From Chloroflexota bacterium (GTDB taxonomy: Bacteria > Chloroflexota > UBA11872 > VXOZ01): a DNA stretch of 64,000 nucleotides. Positions within the stretch are counted from its first letter, which is position 1. Every line of letters begins with the position of its first letter. The stretch covers positions 96,001 to 160,000 of the forward strand of contig CAXXVD010000004.1 in NCBI GenBank assembly GCA_963662335.2, written 5' to 3'. The notes beneath the pieces are model-generated. The model was not told the DNA's origin. It saw nothing but the letters and a program-made list of their open reading frames with translations, and did not search any database. The translations under genes and the position numbers were made by a program. Below, piece after piece: positions 31,388 through 40,803 of this stretch.

Positions 31388-32272
31388 ATGGCAGCCAACA
31401 ACGGATTCACACGGAGCGCCGCCGCTTCAACACAGTCGCCGTCTTCGACACAGTCGCAGTCTTCGGCAAGGCCGCCGTCTGCGACGCAGCCGCCCGGAAC
31501 TCGCGGGCGGAAGAGTCGTCCGCGGCGCGGGATTTTTCGCCTCGTGGTGAAGGGCGTGGTTGGCTTCGGCCACCGTTGGCTCTCGCTCCTGCTGGGCGCG
31601 CTGCTTGGCTGTGCGCTCTGGGGACTGCTCACCTCGCCTGACTTCTATGTATCCAGAATCGCAATTCGCCGCATCACACCGCCCACGCTTGCCGGAGACG
31701 CTTCGCTGGTGCGCATTCAGTCGTTCACGGGTCTCGTGGGGAGGCCGATCTTCTTGCTCGACCCCGGAAAACTCGGCCGGGAAATTGCCCGGCTGCCGGC
31801 GGTAGCGGACGCGCGGCTCTTTCTGGTTCTGCCGGGTCAGGCCATCGTGGAAATGGCCGAACGGCAGCCCAAGGCCCGCTGGATTGCCAGCGGCCACGTC
31901 TTCTTGGTATCGGACGACGGCGAGATTCTGGGCAGCGGCGATGCGCCGGAACTCCCGATCACCATCATCGACACGACCGGCATCCCGCTCGGCACCGGAG
32001 ATCGCGTTGACGCGAGCGCCGTGCAGATGGCGTTCTCTCTCCGTGACCTCTTGGCAGACGCCGGGCTGCGCGTCAAAGCGTTCCGCTACTCGGCGCAAGA
32101 GGGTTTGTCCGTCGAGGCCGAGGACGGCTGGGTAGCGAAGTATGGCAGCGCCGATCGCATCCTGGCTAAGACGCAGGAATTGCTGGCGGTGCTGCACTTC
32201 GCCCGCGAGCAGCAAATCGCGCTCACCGTCATCGACCTCCAACCAAGCAGAAGTCCAACGTTCCGCGCGTGA
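31388..32272 (+). CDS. ftsQ: FtsQ/DivIB-like protein
   Basis: Lies before ftsA. TM helix, POTRA-like region, ERQPKARW, C-terminal IDL. Confidence 0.8.
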   Translation: MAANNGFTRSAAASTQSPSSTQSQSSARPPSATQPPGTRGRKSRPRRGIFRLVVKGVVGFGHRWLSLLLGALLGCALWGLLTSPDFYVSRIAIRRITPPTLAGDASLVRIQSFTGLVGRPIFLLDPGKLGREIARLPAVADARLFLVLPGQAIVEMAERQPKARWIASGHVFLVSDDGEILGSGDAPELPITIIDTTGIPLGTGDRVDASAVQMAFSLRDLLADAGLRVKAFRYSAQEGLSVEAEDGWVAKYGSADRILAKTQELLAVLHFAREQQIALTVIDLQPSRSPTFRA

Positions 32273-32320
32273 GCCACAGGAAGTGGACATAAGGTACTTG
32301 ACAACCATCGATTTCGGGAT

Positions 32321-32349
32321 TTGCCGTAAACGGTCCTTCACGGTATAAT
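32321..32349 (+). promoter_or_regulatory. Sigma70-type promoter upstream of ftsA
   Basis: TTGCCG-17-TATAAT. Confidence 0.65.
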
Positions 32350-32378
32350 GTAGCAATCCTTTTCCAAAAGGTAGATAG

Positions 32379-33629
32379 GTGAGGGGAGTGCCCAAGAAGA
32401 GTGTCATTGTCAGCCTCGACGTAGGTACCACCAAGACCCGCGCTCTGGCGTGTGAAGCCGCGCCGGACGGCCGCTTGAGCATGATTGGCGCCGGCATAGC
32501 GCCAACGTTTGGACTGCGGCGCGGCGCCGTGATCGACATGGAGGCAACGACCGGCTCGATCTCTACCTGCATGCGTAGTCTCCAGCAGTCGCTGGACCAG
32601 AAGCCGCTTGCAACGCAGCTTAGCGTCAGCGGGTGTAACGTGAGCTCGCAGATCGTGCGGGTCGAAACGGTCGTAAAGCAATCCAGAGGTTCGATAACAC
32701 CGGCCGAAATCGACCACGTCATGGAGATGGCGTGCAGCATCTCGCTGCCGGAAGATCGTCAGATTCTCATGGCATTCCCGGTTGGTTTCATCCTCGACGG
32801 CACTGAGGGCATCCGAGACCCTGCCGGCATGTATGGGCACGTGCTGGGCGCCGAGGTTCACCTGATTACGGGCGCGGTGGGAGCGGTTCGCAACCTGACT
32901 TCGTGCCTGAACGCGGCGGAACTCGAGGTGGACGGCGAAATCATGCCGCAGGCGTTCGCGGCGGCCGAGGCGGTGCTCACGGAGCACGAAAAGCAGCTTG
33001 GCGTTGCGCTGGTGGACATTGGCGGCGGCACGACCGACATCGCGCTGTATATGGACGGCTTGCCGTGGCATACTGCCAGCATACCGGTTGGCGGCATGAG
33101 CATAACCAAGGACATTGCCTACGGCCTGCGGCTGCCGCAGCACGTAGCCGAGGAGATCAAGCTGCGCTGCGGCACGGTGGGAGAGGGCGCACTGGAAGAC
33201 AATACGGAATTCAATGCGCCCGGCCTCCATCCCGGCAGGTGGACCAGTATCCCGCGCCGGGACCTTGCCACGATTGTCGTCGCGCGCATGGAGGAACTCC
33301 TGGAACTCATCAAGGATGAGATTCGGCGCACGGGGTACTTCGACGTGTTGCCGGCCGGTGTCGTGCTCACCGGCGGCGGCTCTGAATTGCACGGGCTGGA
33401 GGAGTTGGCGCCCGCCGTGCTGGGCTTGCCGGTGCGGCAGGGAGTGCCGCCGGTGCTGCACGGCATGGACGAAGATGTCTGCCGACCGGAGTTTGCTACC
33501 AGTGTCGGGCTGTCCATCTATGCCGCTCGTATGCAGCGAGCGCAGAGGCGGCGCCCGTTCAGTACTGCCATCGGCGCGGTGGCAGCGAGAGTTGGGTCAC
33601 TCATGCGGCCGTTCATACCGATGAGTTAA
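32379..33629 (+). CDS. ftsA: Cell division protein FtsA
   Basis: LDVGTTK, VDIGGGTTD, ITKDIA, VLTGGGS. Start could be 32388. Confidence 0.96.
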   Translation: MRGVPKKSVIVSLDVGTTKTRALACEAAPDGRLSMIGAGIAPTFGLRRGAVIDMEATTGSISTCMRSLQQSLDQKPLATQLSVSGCNVSSQIVRVETVVKQSRGSITPAEIDHVMEMACSISLPEDRQILMAFPVGFILDGTEGIRDPAGMYGHVLGAEVHLITGAVGAVRNLTSCLNAAELEVDGEIMPQAFAAAEAVLTEHEKQLGVALVDIGGGTTDIALYMDGLPWHTASIPVGGMSITKDIAYGLRLPQHVAEEIKLRCGTVGEGALEDNTEFNAPGLHPGRWTSIPRRDLATIVVARMEELLELIKDEIRRTGYFDVLPAGVVLTGGGSELHGLEELAPAVLGLPVRQGVPPVLHGMDEDVCRPEFATSVGLSIYAARMQRAQRRRPFSTAIGAVAARVGSLMRPFIPMS

Positions 33630-33648
33630 CGCAATGTAGGTGGTGCAC

Positions 33649-34836
33649 ATGGCACAAGGCGCAGAAAACCGCATTTCCCGCTTGTCACCGGGACCGTCCG
33701 ATCAGCCGGACAGATCCGACCATGGGCAAAGGCAAGAGTCGTGGGCGCAGATCAAGGTGGTTGGCGCCGGCGGCGCCGGCGGCAACGCGATCGACCGCAT
33801 GATCCAGAGCCGGGTGGGCGGCGTTGAGTTCATCGCCGTGAATACCGATGCGCAGACCTTGATGAGTTCCGACGCCGAGGTGCGCCTGCGCATTGGCGAC
33901 AAGCTCACCAAGGGCCTCGGCGCCGGCGGCGACCCCGCGGTTGGAGAAAAGGCGGCAGAGGAAGCCTACGAAGAGTTGCAGGACGCGCTGCGCGGCGCGG
34001 ACATGGTATTCATCGCCGTCGGCATGGGCGGCGGCACGGGCACGGGCTCTTCACCCGTAATTGCGGAAATCTCCCGCAGCATTGCCGCGCTCACCGTCGG
34101 CGTGGTTACCAAGCCGTTCACCTGGGAAGGCGTGCCCCGCAGACGCATTACCGAAGAGGGCATCCGCAGACTGCGCGAGCACGTGGATACGCTCATCACC
34201 ATACCCAACGACCGCATTCTGCAAATCGCCCCCAAGAACACGCCAATCGCGGAAGCCTTTCGCTTGGCGGATGAAGTGCTGCGCCAGGCCGTCCAAGGCA
34301 TCTCCGACCTCATCACGCAGCCCGGGCTCATCAACCTGGACTTCAACGACGTCAAGACGATCATGCAGAATTCAGGCACCGCCTACATGGCCATTGGCTA
34401 CGGCAGCGGCGAAAACCGCGCCTCCGACGCGGTGCGCGACGCACTGGCCAATCCGCTGCTGGAGATGTCGATCGACGGGGCCAAGGGCATTCTGCTCAAC
34501 TTTACCGGCGGGCCGGACATGAGCCTGCACGAAGTTTCGCAGGCGGCTGAGATCGTCTCGAAAGCCGCCGACCCGGACGCCACGATCATCTTCGGCTCGG
34601 TTGTGGACGACTCGATGACTGCCGACCTCAAGATTACGATCATCGCAACCGGGTTCGATGAGCAAGAGTTACGGCGGATAAACATGCGTTCCGCCCCCGA
34701 ACCGCGAGGACTGGAAGATCCGCAGCAACCGTCCGTGATTCCGATCGATCAGGAAGAGGTGCGGGAAATGGAAGCCGACAACGACCTCGACGTGCCCACC
34801 TTCCTGCGCAAACGCATCAACCGGCGCGGCCAGTAG
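33649..34836 (+). CDS. ftsZ: Cell division protein FtsZ
   Basis: IKVVGAGGAGGNA, GMGGGTGTG, INLDFNDV, C-terminal LDVPTFLR. Confidence 0.98.
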   Translation: MAQGAENRISRLSPGPSDQPDRSDHGQRQESWAQIKVVGAGGAGGNAIDRMIQSRVGGVEFIAVNTDAQTLMSSDAEVRLRIGDKLTKGLGAGGDPAVGEKAAEEAYEELQDALRGADMVFIAVGMGGGTGTGSSPVIAEISRSIAALTVGVVTKPFTWEGVPRRRITEEGIRRLREHVDTLITIPNDRILQIAPKNTPIAEAFRLADEVLRQAVQGISDLITQPGLINLDFNDVKTIMQNSGTAYMAIGYGSGENRASDAVRDALANPLLEMSIDGAKGILLNFTGGPDMSLHEVSQAAEIVSKAADPDATIIFGSVVDDSMTADLKITIIATGFDEQELRRINMRSAPEPRGLEDPQQPSVIPIDQEEVREMEADNDLDVPTFLRKRINRRGQ

Positions 34837-35021
34837 CTGCCTTTTTCTTGCTGCGCCTCCGGTGAAGTTGGCCGCGGCCGGCCGATTCCGAGTCCCGCGT
34901 ATCCCCTGGCAGGGCTGAACGTTCAGGTCTCGCAGCGAGCACGCCTCGCGCCAACCCCAGCGCAGGCTTCATGCTCGCCCAGCGCATCAACACCGCCTAT
35001 AGGACAGACTATCGCACCGCT

Positions 35022-36698
35022 CTACCGCGCCGATGGAATGACGGGCAGCAGGATGTGGGAAGGATAGGCCCGGCTGTGGTGGACAGTCTGCCGCGCCGCT
35101 TGCCATTTGTCCTCCAGGCCGTTGTTCTCCGCGCCCGTGTTGAGGTTGCGGTCGAAGCGCGGGAAGTTGCTGGATGAGATTTCCACGCGGATGCGGTGTC
35201 CGGCCTTGAAGACGTTGCCGATCACCCACAGGTCGATCTCGTACTCGTAGACCTTGCCCGGCTCGATGAGTGACGAGGCTTCCCGCCCTTCCCGGTACCG
35301 GGCGCGCACGATGCCGTCGCAGAGACTGAAGGCGCGGCCGTCGGGATGCACGTCCACCAGCTTGGCGGTCCAGTCGGTGTCCGGCTGATCGCTCTCGGCG
35401 TAGAGCGCGACCGTGATTGGCCCGGTTACCTCCAGATCGCTTGCCAGCGGCTCGCCGGTGTAGCAGAGCACGTCCTGGCGCATCTCGATGTTCTGCTGGT
35501 CGTACGGCCCCCAGGGCACGATGTGGGGCGAGCAGCAGTTGTTGCCGCCGAGCGTCGGCACCGGCGCGATTGGGTCGTACGTGTAGCCGTCGGCCGGTTC
35601 GTCCGCCGGCGCATCGACCGATAGGCCGCCGTCGCCGTTTAGCGTATTCGCGCCGCCGCCGGAGTGGAAGTACCACTTCTGCCAGTCGGTGCGGGCGAGC
35701 GGCCACTCGTGCTCGTCCCGCCACTCTTTGCGCCCCATGATGAAGAGACGCAGCGGCGGTTCGTCCACGATGCCGTTCTGTTCGCCTTTCAGCCAGTAGT
35801 CGAACCAGCGCAACTCTTCGCCGTCCAGGTCAACCAGCGAGTCCGGGCCAAAGTCCACCTGCCCCGTGACCTGCGACGTGGATAGCCCATGCGGCCAAGC
35901 GCCCATGATGAGCCGGCTCTGCCGCGCTTCCGCCGAGGCCCCGCGCAGTCGCTGTTCGTTCCAATTGTCGAACGTGGCCTTGGAATAGAGGTCGAACCAG
36001 CCGCCCATGTTGTACGCGGGCGCGGTAACCGTCTCCCAATTCTCGCTGTTGCTGGATGGCTTCCAGTACTCGCCGTAATTGGGATGGCGGATCCAGTCCT
36101 TCCAGAAGTCCAGGTCACGCCCGATTTCGGTAGTAACGTCAGCCACGGGCAGCGTGCGGAAGACGCGAACCCAGTCCTCATACTCGATATTCTGCGCCGT
36201 GCGGCCATGGGTGCGCGAGCCCCACGTGGCAAGCACGCCAAGCTGCAGGGCGCCGTTGGTGTAGCCGGGTGAATCGTAGAAGTCGCACGGCGCGACCCGG
36301 GGCGCGATACAGGTCAGGTGCGGGCTGCCGCGCCAGGCTGCCGTCCACTGGGTGATGCCCAGGTACGAGCCGCCGGCCATGCCTATCTTGCCGGTGCTCC
36401 AGGGCTGCGCGGCAACCCACTCCACCGTGTCGTGGCCGTCGTCCGCTTCATTGTTCACCGGGTAGTACGCGCCGTCGGAATCCCAGCGGCCGCGCACGTC
36501 CTGGATCACCACTGCGTAGCCCCGGCTCGCCAGTTTGCGCCCTTTCTCGATGTGCAAATCCGTATTGTTGCCGTACGGCGTGCGCACCAGCACCGTCGGC
36601 GCCGGCTCCGCCTGGGGCGGCAGAAAGACGTCGGCGGACAACGCCACCCCGTCACGCATTGGCACTTTCGCGTCAACCATGGTCCGGATTATCGACAT
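35022..36698 (-). CDS. CocE/NonD family hydrolase
   Basis: MRDGVALSADV, RTPYG, QDVRGR, GGSYLG, GGWFD, SSSNFPRFDRN. Confidence 0.93.
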   Translation of the reverse strand: MSIIRTMVDAKVPMRDGVALSADVFLPPQAEPAPTVLVRTPYGNNTDLHIEKGRKLASRGYAVVIQDVRGRWDSDGAYYPVNNEADDGHDTVEWVAAQPWSTGKIGMAGGSYLGITQWTAAWRGSPHLTCIAPRVAPCDFYDSPGYTNGALQLGVLATWGSRTHGRTAQNIEYEDWVRVFRTLPVADVTTEIGRDLDFWKDWIRHPNYGEYWKPSSNSENWETVTAPAYNMGGWFDLYSKATFDNWNEQRLRGASAEARQSRLIMGAWPHGLSTSQVTGQVDFGPDSLVDLDGEELRWFDYWLKGEQNGIVDEPPLRLFIMGRKEWRDEHEWPLARTDWQKWYFHSGGGANTLNGDGGLSVDAPADEPADGYTYDPIAPVPTLGGNNCCSPHIVPWGPYDQQNIEMRQDVLCYTGEPLASDLEVTGPITVALYAESDQPDTDWTAKLVDVHPDGRAFSLCDGIVRARYREGREASSLIEPGKVYEYEIDLWVIGNVFKAGHRIRVEISSSNFPRFDRNLNTGAENNGLEDKWQAARQTVHHSRAYPSHILLPVIPSAR

Positions 36699-36763
36699 GG
36701 CGCGTAACTCCTCTTTCAGTGAAGCGCTTTACTGAGTTTTCTTCGTCGGCGGGCGGCGGGAAA

Positions 36764-37096
36764 CTACGTAAGCGGCTGCGCCGCGTCAATCTGCCGTCCG
36801 CCCTCTCGGGGCCGCACACGCGCGGCAATCTGCTCTCCCGATTCAATCTCCGCGGCGCGCAGTTCGTAGCCCTGCTGAAGGTTCAGCCAGAATTGCGGCG
36901 TGGTGCCAAAGTAGCGGGACAGGCGCAGCGCCGTATCGGCCGTGATGCCGCGTTGGCCGTTCAAGATTGCTGTCACGCGATTGGCAGGCACGCCCAGCGC
37001 CTTGGCCAACGCGTTGGCTGACATGCCAAGTTCGTGAAGTTCTTCAGCCAGGATTTCACCCGGGTGGACAGGTCTCATTCCGTTTTTTACAGCCAT
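36764..37096 (-). CDS. higA: HigA family antitoxin (HTH)
   Basis: MRPVHPGEILAEE, GQRGITADTALRLSRYFGTTPQFWLNLQ. GAGGAG RBS. Confidence 0.92.
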   Translation of the reverse strand: MAVKNGMRPVHPGEILAEELHELGMSANALAKALGVPANRVTAILNGQRGITADTALRLSRYFGTTPQFWLNLQQGYELRAAEIESGEQIAARVRPREGGRQIDAAQPLT

Positions 37097-37327
37097 GCCA
37101 GACTCCTCAAAGATGGCCTTTAGCCGTCTCCTGGTCGCGCGAGCCATCTACCCTCGATATGGCAAGAGACTGCCGTTACAACTTGCAAGAACCGAGACCG
37201 TTCGCGCTGAGCCTGTCGAAGCGCTCGGCAAGTTGGGTCTCGCTGCCACGCATGGTATCATGGTGGCACGGAATTGAACCAACCGCAATCTGCGGCGCTC
37301 CCAGTCGCGGAAACCGACGATACCGCC

Positions 37328-38875
37328 ATGGCAAAGTACTACGTTACCACACCAATCTACTACCCCAACGCCAAGCCGCACATCGGCACGGCCTTTTGCA
37401 CTATCGGCTGCGACGTGCAGGCGCGCTACCGGCGCTTGCGGGGATACGATACGTTCTTCCTCACGGGCCTCGACGAAAACAGCCTCAACGTCGAGCGGCA
37501 GGCCCGCAGCCAGGGCAAGGAGCCGCAGGCCTACTGCGACGAAATGGCCGGGTTCTTCGAAGACCTTTGGCAGAAGCTCGACATTTCCCACGACGGCTTC
37601 ATTCGCACCACCGAAGCGCGCCACCAGCACGCCGCGCGGCTCCTGTTGCAGAAGTGTTACGACGCCGGCGACATCTACAAAGGCACCTACGCCGGCTGGT
37701 ACTGCCTTCCGTGCGAGGCCTTCTACGCCGATGAAGACCTCGTAGACGGCAAGTGCCCGGTGCACGACGCCGAGCCGGAGTGGACGGAAGAAGACAACTA
37801 CTTCTTTGCCCTGACCAAGTATCAGGACAAGCTGCTGGCGTTCTACGAAGAACACCCGGAGTCCGTGCTGCCGGACTTTCGCCGCAACGAAGTCGTCAAC
37901 ATGGTGCGCAACGGCCTGCGTGACTTCAGCATCTCGCGCGCCAACAAGACGTGGGGCATCCCGGTGCCGTTCGATGAGCGGCAGGTTATCTACGTCTGGT
38001 TCGACGCCCTCACCAACTACCTGACCGGCATTGGGTTTGGACAAGACGACGAGATGCTGGGGCGCTACTGGCCGGCCGACGCCCACGTGGTCGGCAAGGA
38101 CATCATCCGCTTTCACTGCGTCTACTGGCCGGCAATGCTCATGTCCGCCGGCGTGCCCTTGCCCAAGACCGTGTGGGCGCACGGCTGGATCATGTTCCGC
38201 GGCGCGAAGATGAGCAAGTCGCGCGGCGCCGGCGTCGACCCTTTCGAGATGGTGGACGACTTTGGCGCCGATGCCGTGCGCTACTACCTGATGCGGGAGG
38301 TGCCGTTCGACCAGGACGGCGTCTTCTCCTGGGAGAGTTTCTACAACCGCTACAACGCCGACTTGGCAAACGACTTGGGCAACCTGGTGCACCGCACCAC
38401 GTCCATGCTCGGACGTTATTTCGATGGCGCGCTGCCCGCCCCTGGCGCGGAAGCCGCGCTGGACGCCTCCCTGCGGGAAACCGCGCAAGGCGCGATCGCG
38501 GGCGCGGAGCGCGGGCTGGAGTCCTGGGATCTGGACGCGGCGCTTGATAGTGTCTGGACGCTGGTCACCCGGGCCAATCAGTACATCGAAGAGAACGCGC
38601 CCTGGGAACTGGCGAAGCAGCCTGCGCAACGCGAACGGTTGGGCACGGTGCTCTACAACGTGACTGAAGCCGTGCGCATCCTGGCCCTGTTGCTCGGCCC
38701 CTATATTCCGCAAACCGCCGGCACGATACTGGAGCGGCTGGGCGAGCCGCCGCTTACGGCCGGCGCGTGGGAATCCCGCCTGTCGTGGGGACTCCTCACG
38801 CCCGCACGCGCTATCGCCAGGGGCGCGCCGCTCTTCCCCCGCCTGGAAGCGCCGGAGTTGGCGGAGAGCACGTAG
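37328..38875 (+). CDS. metG: Methionine--tRNA ligase (short form)
   Basis: YVTTPIYYPN, HIGT, zinc knuckle, GKDIIRFH, KMSKS. Confidence 0.97.
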   Translation: MAKYYVTTPIYYPNAKPHIGTAFCTIGCDVQARYRRLRGYDTFFLTGLDENSLNVERQARSQGKEPQAYCDEMAGFFEDLWQKLDISHDGFIRTTEARHQHAARLLLQKCYDAGDIYKGTYAGWYCLPCEAFYADEDLVDGKCPVHDAEPEWTEEDNYFFALTKYQDKLLAFYEEHPESVLPDFRRNEVVNMVRNGLRDFSISRANKTWGIPVPFDERQVIYVWFDALTNYLTGIGFGQDDEMLGRYWPADAHVVGKDIIRFHCVYWPAMLMSAGVPLPKTVWAHGWIMFRGAKMSKSRGAGVDPFEMVDDFGADAVRYYLMREVPFDQDGVFSWESFYNRYNADLANDLGNLVHRTTSMLGRYFDGALPAPGAEAALDASLRETAQGAIAGAERGLESWDLDAALDSVWTLVTRANQYIEENAPWELAKQPAQRERLGTVLYNVTEAVRILALLLGPYIPQTAGTILERLGEPPLTAGAWESRLSWGLLTPARAIARGAPLFPRLEAPELAEST

Positions 38876-38895
38876 CCGGCGCTTGCGGCCTCTCT

Positions 38896-39675
38896 ATGAC
38901 GGATACCCACGCCCACATCAACTCGCCGCGCTTTGCCGACGACCTGTCCGCCGTGGTCGAGCGGGCCGCCCAGGCCGGCGTCACGGCGATTGTTGTCGTC
39001 GGCGTGGATATACCGTCGAGCCGCGCCGCCGTCGAGATTGCCGCGCGCTATCCGGCGTGCTGGGCAACGGTTGGCGTGCATCCCCACGAACCCGCCGCCG
39101 GCACGCCTGCCGCGTGGCGCGAATTGGAGGCGCTGGCGGGCGCGCCGAAGGTAGTGGCGATTGGCGAAACCGGACTGGACTACTACCGGATGCTCGCCCC
39201 CAAGCGCGCGCAGCAGGACGCCTTTTCGCGTCAACTAGCGTTGGCGGCGCAATGCCGGCTGCCCATTGTCGTCCACATGCGTCAAGCCTACGCGGACGTG
39301 CACCGGACGCTGGCGGCAGCGCAGCCGCGCCCGCGGGCAGTCATGCACTGCTTCTCCGGCGATGAAACTCAGGCAGCGGCCTTTATCGCGCTTGGCTGTA
39401 TGATCTCGCTCGCCGGGCCGGTGACGTTTCGCACGGCGGCGAAGTTACACGAGGTCGCAAAGATGGTACCATCGGATAGACTATTGATAGAGACGGACTG
39501 CCCGTACCTCGCGCCGGTTCCTCACCGCGGCACGCGCAACGAACCGGCGTACGTGCGCTATACGTTGAAATTTGTCGCGCGGCAGCGCGGCGTATCGCCG
39601 CAAGCACTGGAAGAGATCACAGACCGCAATGCCCAGACGTTCTTCGGAATCACCGCCCGCGGCGGAACACAGTAA
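38896..39675 (+). CDS. tatD: TatD family DNase
   Basis: DTHAH, GVHPH, IGETGLDY, HCFSG, IETDCPYL. Confidence 0.95.
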   Translation: MTDTHAHINSPRFADDLSAVVERAAQAGVTAIVVVGVDIPSSRAAVEIAARYPACWATVGVHPHEPAAGTPAAWRELEALAGAPKVVAIGETGLDYYRMLAPKRAQQDAFSRQLALAAQCRLPIVVHMRQAYADVHRTLAAAQPRPRAVMHCFSGDETQAAAFIALGCMISLAGPVTFRTAAKLHEVAKMVPSDRLLIETDCPYLAPVPHRGTRNEPAYVRYTLKFVARQRGVSPQALEEITDRNAQTFFGITARGGTQ

Positions 39676-40747
39676 CGCGGCTGCATCCCTGGATGCGGCG
39701 CCGCTCGACGGCGCGCGGGCCGACGTCGCCCGGATTAGCGCGCCGGTGGCGGACAGGCTCGAGGAAGTGGAAGCCTTCCTCTCGGCGATGTGGGAAGAGA
39801 CGCCCAACCCCGCGCTATCGCAATTGGTGCGCCACATCATGGCCGCCGGCGGCAAGAAACTGCGGCCGCTGCTCACGCTGCTCTGCGCCTCGGCCTGCGC
39901 GCCCCCGGATGCCCGCGCCGTGAACGTGGCGGCGGCGATTGAGATTCTCCATGCTGCCACCCTGATTCACGACGACGTCATCGATCACGCGCACGTGCGG
40001 CGGGGCCTGCCGACCGCCAACGCCCGCTGGTCAAATGCCCTCGCCGTGCTCTCCGGTGACTATCTCTTTGCCAAGTGCTCCCACGTGGTAGCGCAATTGG
40101 GCGATCCGGAACTCGTGCGCATCCTGGCGCGCACCGTCATGCGCATGGTCGCCAGCGAAACAACCCAATTCTCGAGCATCGAGCACATCGACGTGGTTGA
40201 AGACGAGTACTACCGCAAGGTGCGGGGCAAGACCGCCTCTCTGCTGGAGTTGTGCTGCGAGGCGGGCGGATTGGTCGGCGGCGCTTCCGCCGCGCAGCGC
40301 GACGCCCTGCGCGCCTACGGCGAGAACGTGGGCATTGCCTTTCAAATCGTGGACGACATTCTCGACATCGCCGGCACCGAAGAGGAGTTGGGCAAGCCGG
40401 TCGGGGGCGACCTGCGGGAAGGCACCATCACGCTGCCCATCATCATCTACTTGCGCCAGCAACCGCCACATGGGGCGGCGCCTGCGACGAAATCGGCTCC
40501 GGCCCAGTCAGCCGTTGCCCGGCTGCTCACGCGGGAGTCTGATGATGAGAGCGCGCTGTGGGAAGCGGTGGCGGCCATTCGCCAGTCCGAGGCCCTCGAC
40601 GCCGCCTATGCCGAGGCCCGCAAGTATGGCGAGCGGGCGCGCGCGGCGCTGGCCGCCCTGCCAGCCGGCGACTCAAGCCCGCGCGGCGCCGATTGCCGTC
40701 GCTCCCTGGACTTGCTCGTAGACTACGTTATCGAGCGGCGGCAGTAA
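39629..40747 (+). CDS. Long-chain polyprenyl diphosphate synthase
   Basis: GGKKLRP, LIHDDVID, RRG, KTASL, FQIVDDILD. Start uncertain. Confidence 0.93.
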   Translation: MPRRSSESPPAAEHSNAAASLDAAPLDGARADVARISAPVADRLEEVEAFLSAMWEETPNPALSQLVRHIMAAGGKKLRPLLTLLCASACAPPDARAVNVAAAIEILHAATLIHDDVIDHAHVRRGLPTANARWSNALAVLSGDYLFAKCSHVVAQLGDPELVRILARTVMRMVASETTQFSSIEHIDVVEDEYYRKVRGKTASLLELCCEAGGLVGGASAAQRDALRAYGENVGIAFQIVDDILDIAGTEEELGKPVGGDLREGTITLPIIIYLRQQPPHGAAPATKSAPAQSAVARLLTRESDDESALWEAVAAIRQSEALDAAYAEARKYGERARAALAALPAGDSSPRGADCRRSLDLLVDYVIERRQ

Positions 40748-40803
40748 CCGGAGAAGCTGACTTTCTGCGCGGAAAGCCCGCGCGAATTGCAAAGGGGGGT
40801 CCC

